Source of the DNA: Octopus vulgaris
Taxonomy: Eukaryota
Assembly: GCA_951406725.2 (NCBI GenBank)
Contig: OX597828.1
Location: 24,180,001-24,244,000 of the forward strand
DNA: 64,000 nt
Direction: 5' to 3'
Within the stretch, counting starts at the first letter, position 1; the number at the start of each line of letters is the position of its first letter. A program made the translations under genes and the position numbers. Shown here piece by piece: positions 59,044 to 64,000 of the stretch. Under the pieces are notes generated by a model, which saw only the letters and a program-made list of their open reading frames with translations, did not search any database and had not been told where the DNA came from.

Positions 59044-59603
59044 TATCGGGTTGTGCGGAAAGTTCGTGCCGATTTTTAAAGGAAAGAAAATGGTCAATAA
59101 ATACTTGCCATCACATTTTTAATGAACCCAATATGAACCATTTTGCGTCTCCATCTTTCCTTTAACTTGAAAATACCCCCTTCCCAAAATTGAGGTGGTC
59201 TAATGGCAAAGAATTCATCAAGGTATCTTTTTATGTCATCCAAGAAATTGAAATTTTTACCATTAAGACTATTCTGCAGAGACCTGAATAAGTGGAAATC
59301 CGAAAGAGCAATATCTGGTGAATATAGAGGGTGGGGTAACACATCCCAGCCAATCCGCAGCAATTTTTGTCTGGTTCCCAAAGCCTCAAGTGCCGAAAAT
59401 AAACTTTCTTATCTTCCATTTTAAAGGGTTACAGAATTAACACAGATTATAGGTACATAAACCTTCTTCCACGAAAAGATAGTTTAAACTGTACTCTAAA
59501 TGGAGGTGTAGTCAAATCCTATTTTATGGACTCAACCATGTTCTAAAATAAGTCGAAATGCAAGCTACTATAAATCGGCACGAACTTTCCAGACAACCCA
59601 ATA
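59044..59603 (-). mobile_element. 560-bp internally deleted mariner with both TIRs
   Basis: TATCGGGTTGTGCGGAAAGTTCGTGCCGATTT / AAATCGGCACGAACTTTCCAGACAACCCAATA; MEDKKVYFRHL is joined directly to TRQKLLRIGWDVLPHPLYSPDIALSDFHLFRSLQNSL. Confidence 0.95.
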
Positions 59604-59929
59604 TATCTGTGGGTCAAATCTACCACAATCCATGATCGAATTCAAAACTAACGAATGAAGCCAGAGGTACCTGACTCATCTAAAAGAGCAACCAAATTTG
59701 GCTTAAATCGCACAGCTTTGAGATATATTCGTTCATGTTTTTCTCCTCGCTATATTCTTCAAACTTTTTACGATTGTAAGTTACTTTATCAATGATTTGC
59801 GATCTCTAAACCGACTCGAGACATTTCTATTAATGTTATCAATCATGTTTTTAAAAATTGGGGTTTGCAAGAGTCAGTACTAATGTATGTAATTTTCAAT
59901 AAATTGTAGTAAATGCTCTTTTGGTCGTG

Positions 59930-61600
59930 TCACTTTAGCTCAAGGGGTCGTCTTGACCTACATATCCACATACCCAGTAAGAAATTAGCTAAAATCAACA
60001 TTTGTTTATATAAAAACGATGGCTTAGAAATAGCCCAACACGCTAATCGACATATTAGATAAATGAAATATGATCTTGCTAATACCTTTGATAATTTCCG
60101 CCTGAAAATAACAACCACCACTAACATTTGTTTCGTAATTTCCTAGATATTATCATCATCCTGCGTACAAAGATAAACCAATGAAAGATTATAATAATAT
60201 AGGCTACTGTTATCTAACCATAGATTTCAAGAACCTGATTAATAATTTTCAAGGGGGAAGCTCTACTCTGTCACTAAATATAGAAACTTTGATAAGACAA
60301 AATCTCTTTATAATGATGCATTAGAAGCTAGCATATCAACGATTTAATCTTAAAGATCTCTAACATTCCGCCATCCATTATTAAGAACAAACGCTGAAAT
60401 ATTTTTTCCCCGAATCGTTAAAGCGTAATGGCTATAAGACATCATTTCATTCTATGCACACATTACGCAGCTCGAAGTCGAGCTCCAATAATAAGTGGTT
60501 GCAAAAAGTTGTTGGTTAAATATTAAGTATAATATCATAAAAAATCTTTTACTTTTAATAGTATTCTCCAGTCAGAAAATTAAACAGGAAGCAAAATGTC
60601 TTATACAAAGTCACAGCCGTACTAAATTTATTACGCCTACTGCATGCGTAAATGGCGCTGAGTTGTCAACATCATTAGCACGCCGGAAAAAATACTTGGT
60701 GGTATTTCTTCCGGCTCTCTACTCTCTCAGTTCAAATTCCGCCGGTGTTAACTGTCTTTCATGCTACTGGGATCGTTGAAATGGAGTACCAGTCGTGTAA
60801 CTAGTGCAAATGCAATTGTCTTGTCTTGTCCCATTAAAACTGCTGTCCAACACTACAATAGACCGGTGACATTTCCAAGGGGTATGCTGTGATCCCTTTC
60901 ACTTATACGTCATGGAGCCAGGTAACTGGTTTTGGATTCTTCGGGCTGAACAAAAGCGTCCACACAACGTACTGATGCGAACATTTATGTAGCAGGAGCA
61001 TAAACCTTAATTCAGTGGAAGGTAGATATAAACAACATTGTTTTAATCTCACTTCCTTTAAACATATAGCAAAGATGAATGCAAGAAAATTTTCCAACAT
61101 TCTCTGGAGTATGAAAAGCATGCCACTGATTTGAATCTATAATAGAAGATCAAAGTATGATGAATATGATATAAATATGGAACAAGAAGTTGCTGTTTAT
61201 ATACTGCCGAGAAAAACCTGCTGATCAAATATCTTAACAAATCTAAAAATTATTTATATGTGAGATCTCATATCTCTACAAAATACTGCCACTTTCGATA
61301 GTACCTTCTAATCAAATGGAAGATCATACTGCGAGCTGAATAAAAGCATCAATACTTAATTCTCTTTATCATATAATCTTATTCGTTTTCATAAATCGTT
61401 ATCATTTTTTACTTAGCACTACATATAGCTCATTCTATAGTAAACTTATTCTTTGACATTTCCTAAATTCTATCTAATTTTCAACTATTTCTAATTTCGT
61501 ATGCATTTGAATACCATCTCAGTCTAAAGACCACTTTTCTATTTCCTAGAGCCTATATCTTAATTTTCTACTTATTTATCATCATATTTCAAAATCTATA
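59930..61600 (+). mobile_element. Highly decayed Penelope-like element (RT plus GIY-YIG remnants), interrupted by a SINE
   Basis: My translation: INICLYKNDGL (decayed LYRDDGL) ..LKITTTTN..FLDI and FDK...YNDALEAS (59990-60335); RYKQH...SFKH..KMNA...SNILW and GTRSCCLY.AEK..LI......L..RS....K.CH (61020-61295). These resemble PLE RT and endonuclease motifs; many frameshifts. Confidence 0.75.
60652..60860 (+). mobile_element. Degraded SINE family B
   Basis: ATTAGCACGCCGG...AGTTCAAATTCCGCCG...GTACCAGT. Confidence 0.7.
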
Positions 61601-61658
61601 TTCTATATACCCAAGAACATATAATGATATCTTGGAATAAATGATGACGTCTATATAA

Positions 61659-62022
<364 letters not shown>

Positions 62023-62712
62023 ATTGCCTATATAACCATCCACGCGATGTGGCAAGAGTCGTGAATTTAAAAAAAACATTTTTTCTAGAATGTTATTTTA
62101 TTTAAAGCTTGGAGATTGCTTATTTTTCAAAATTAGAATGAAAACTGAGGAATTATAATCAATGGGAAATATCACATTATGATTATATCGTTCTATACAT
62201 GCATTATCAACTTCGATAACCTGGAAATCCTCGTCGACTAAACGGCATTATACGCACACGAACGCATGCACGTGCACACACACAAACACACACACGCACA
62301 CACACACCTGTACATATATATTATTCTGATGTGGATGCATGGCATCGCCTCAAACATCTACAAAACTTTGCTTGACATTATGAACCTACGACATTATGGT
62401 TCTTTATTATATTATAGACATGTCTATGGCTTAAGAGTTAGTTCAGCCGTAACAGCTGTCAAGATAACAGTAACACATAATTCCATGTTTATTTTGTATT
62501 CAATGCTTATCTACTCTTTAAGCTTACTTGTGTTGGTCAGTCTTTCTAATCTTCTAGCCTCTTGACAAATGTCAGTTTAATAGCCGACATCCTACACTGG
62601 AACAATCAGCCTTAAATAGAATTGTTGGAATTTTATGTTCAAATTCAACTGCGGACTATTCACGAATATATAACTACTACACTTGCTTTAGCATTCTCCA
62701 ACACATTATATA

Positions 62713-62770
<58 letters not shown>

Positions 62771-62779
62771 CATTACAGA

Positions 62780-63282
62780 TAAAGGGTGAAATATAATTAA
62801 TTTAATAAAATCAACAAATTTCACCTAGTAGCACTTCGGTATGGAAAAGGACCATATTCGGTAAAATTTTGTATAATTATAACAATAAGGGTCTTTGCAA
62901 CAAGTTGCTTGACCACATACCGAAAATTTTAGAAAGAGCAGCCAGAGGACTGCTCTTTCCTTTTACTACAAAAATATGTCTCCACAGACAACAATATTTG
63001 TAACTCATATATGGCAAAAAAAAAAAAGAAAAATAACGAAATCAAACATAGTATTATGTTGATAAAGGAAATGAATCTTATGATTCTAATCCAGAAACGT
63101 GCGTCCATAATTGACCGTGGACTGTTTGATTTCGTTATTTTTCTTCTTTTTTTGCCATATATGAGTTACAAATATTGTTGTCTGTGGAGACATATTTTTG
63201 TAGTAAAAGGAAATAGCAGTCCTCTGGCTGCTATTTCTAAAATTTTCACTATGTGGTCTATCAACTTGTTGCAAAGACCCTT

Positions 63283-63287
<5 letters not shown>
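62780..63287 (+). mobile_element. Fold-back element: about 165-bp inverted arms (62882-63048/63123-63287) enclosing a decayed HHR (63053-63111)
   Basis: Arms are highly similar by eye; loop ATTATG-TTGATAA-A-GGA..GAATC(TTAT)GATTC..TCC-A-GAAAC(GTGC)GT-C-CATAAT. Confidence 0.85.
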
Positions 63288-63374
<87 letters not shown>

Positions 63375-63489
63375 TATATGTATATATATACATATATATG
63401 TATGTATATACATATATACATATATATATATATGTAGAGAGATAGGGAGGGAGGGAGGGAGGGAGAGAGAGAGTGTGTGTGTGGTGGGG

Positions 63490-64000
63490 ACAGCTGACCA
63501 AAAAGTTAGCTTCGCTAATCACTAATCCGCTAACAAAAATGTTAGCATTGCAAACACTACACCGTTCAACAGCTAAGTAAATTTACCTTTTTACTTATTC
63601 TTAGTTCAAGTTTTGAAGAGTGCAGTTCGGTTTCATTAGTTATGCTTTCAAAGCTATAACGGAGGTGACAAAGGAGCATATTCTGCGTAATTTGCTTTTT
63701 GAGTTCAATAAAAGCAGCAACACAACGGGAAGGGATCGGACAATAAGCGTAAATCAGTGTCAACGGTGGTTCCAGAAATTCCAAGAAATACCAGAAATGC
63801 CGAGCCGCAAACTACATCCTAGAAGACGAGCCTCATCCTGGGAGATCTGTAGAGCTAGACGAGGGTATCCTGCCAAACCTAGTGGAACAAAATCCCATCG
63901 TAGCTGTTGAGGTACTAGCAGAAAAGCTTGGGTTTGGTCATTCAACCATTTATCCACATCTGCATGCCATCGGAAAAGTCAGGAAATTGGGTCAATAGGT
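63490..64000 (+). mobile_element. Mariner 5' portion (decayed transposase N-terminus), runs off the window
   Basis: EVTKEHILRNLLFEFNK...RTISVNQCQRWFQKF, LEDEPHPGRSVELDE..L..LVEQNPIVAVEVLAEKLGFGHSTI..HL.AIGKVRKLGQ. Left boundary is approximate. Confidence 0.88.

Overview
AT-rich, repeat-saturated eukaryotic (metazoan) DNA, intergenic or intronic. The microsatellite load and the tRNA-derived SINE families look like a coleoid cephalopod (Octopus-like) genome; this is recognition, not a database result. No intact host protein-coding gene is supported, and nearly all ORF-track entries are microsatellite artefacts (poly-I/L/N/H, YI, CV). Supported content: at least 8 decayed Tc1/mariner elements (DD34D and DD37D types, several with TIRs), a decayed Penelope-like element (PLE) with RT and GIY-YIG remnants (about 59.9-61.6 kb), CR1-type and L1/Tx1-type LINE fragments, about 15 SINE copies from several families, (TAA)n-embedded repeats and Helitron-like ends. 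The most notable signal is a dispersed set of about 10 minimal hammerhead-ribozyme (HHR)-like motifs: CTGANGA-type core, usually an extra A, stem II, GAAA, and a self-complementary stem III. Several lie in or between long inverted repeats (110-190 bp arms), and one lies downstream of a tRNA-like Pol III head. This points to PLE-derived, ribozyme-bearing fold-back elements. Other points: a type-II-like HHR permutation, a minisatellite derived from a mariner transposase motif, and two diverged copies of a possible relic Cys-containing exon. Coordinates were read by eye and may be off by a few bases; no folding or database searches were run.
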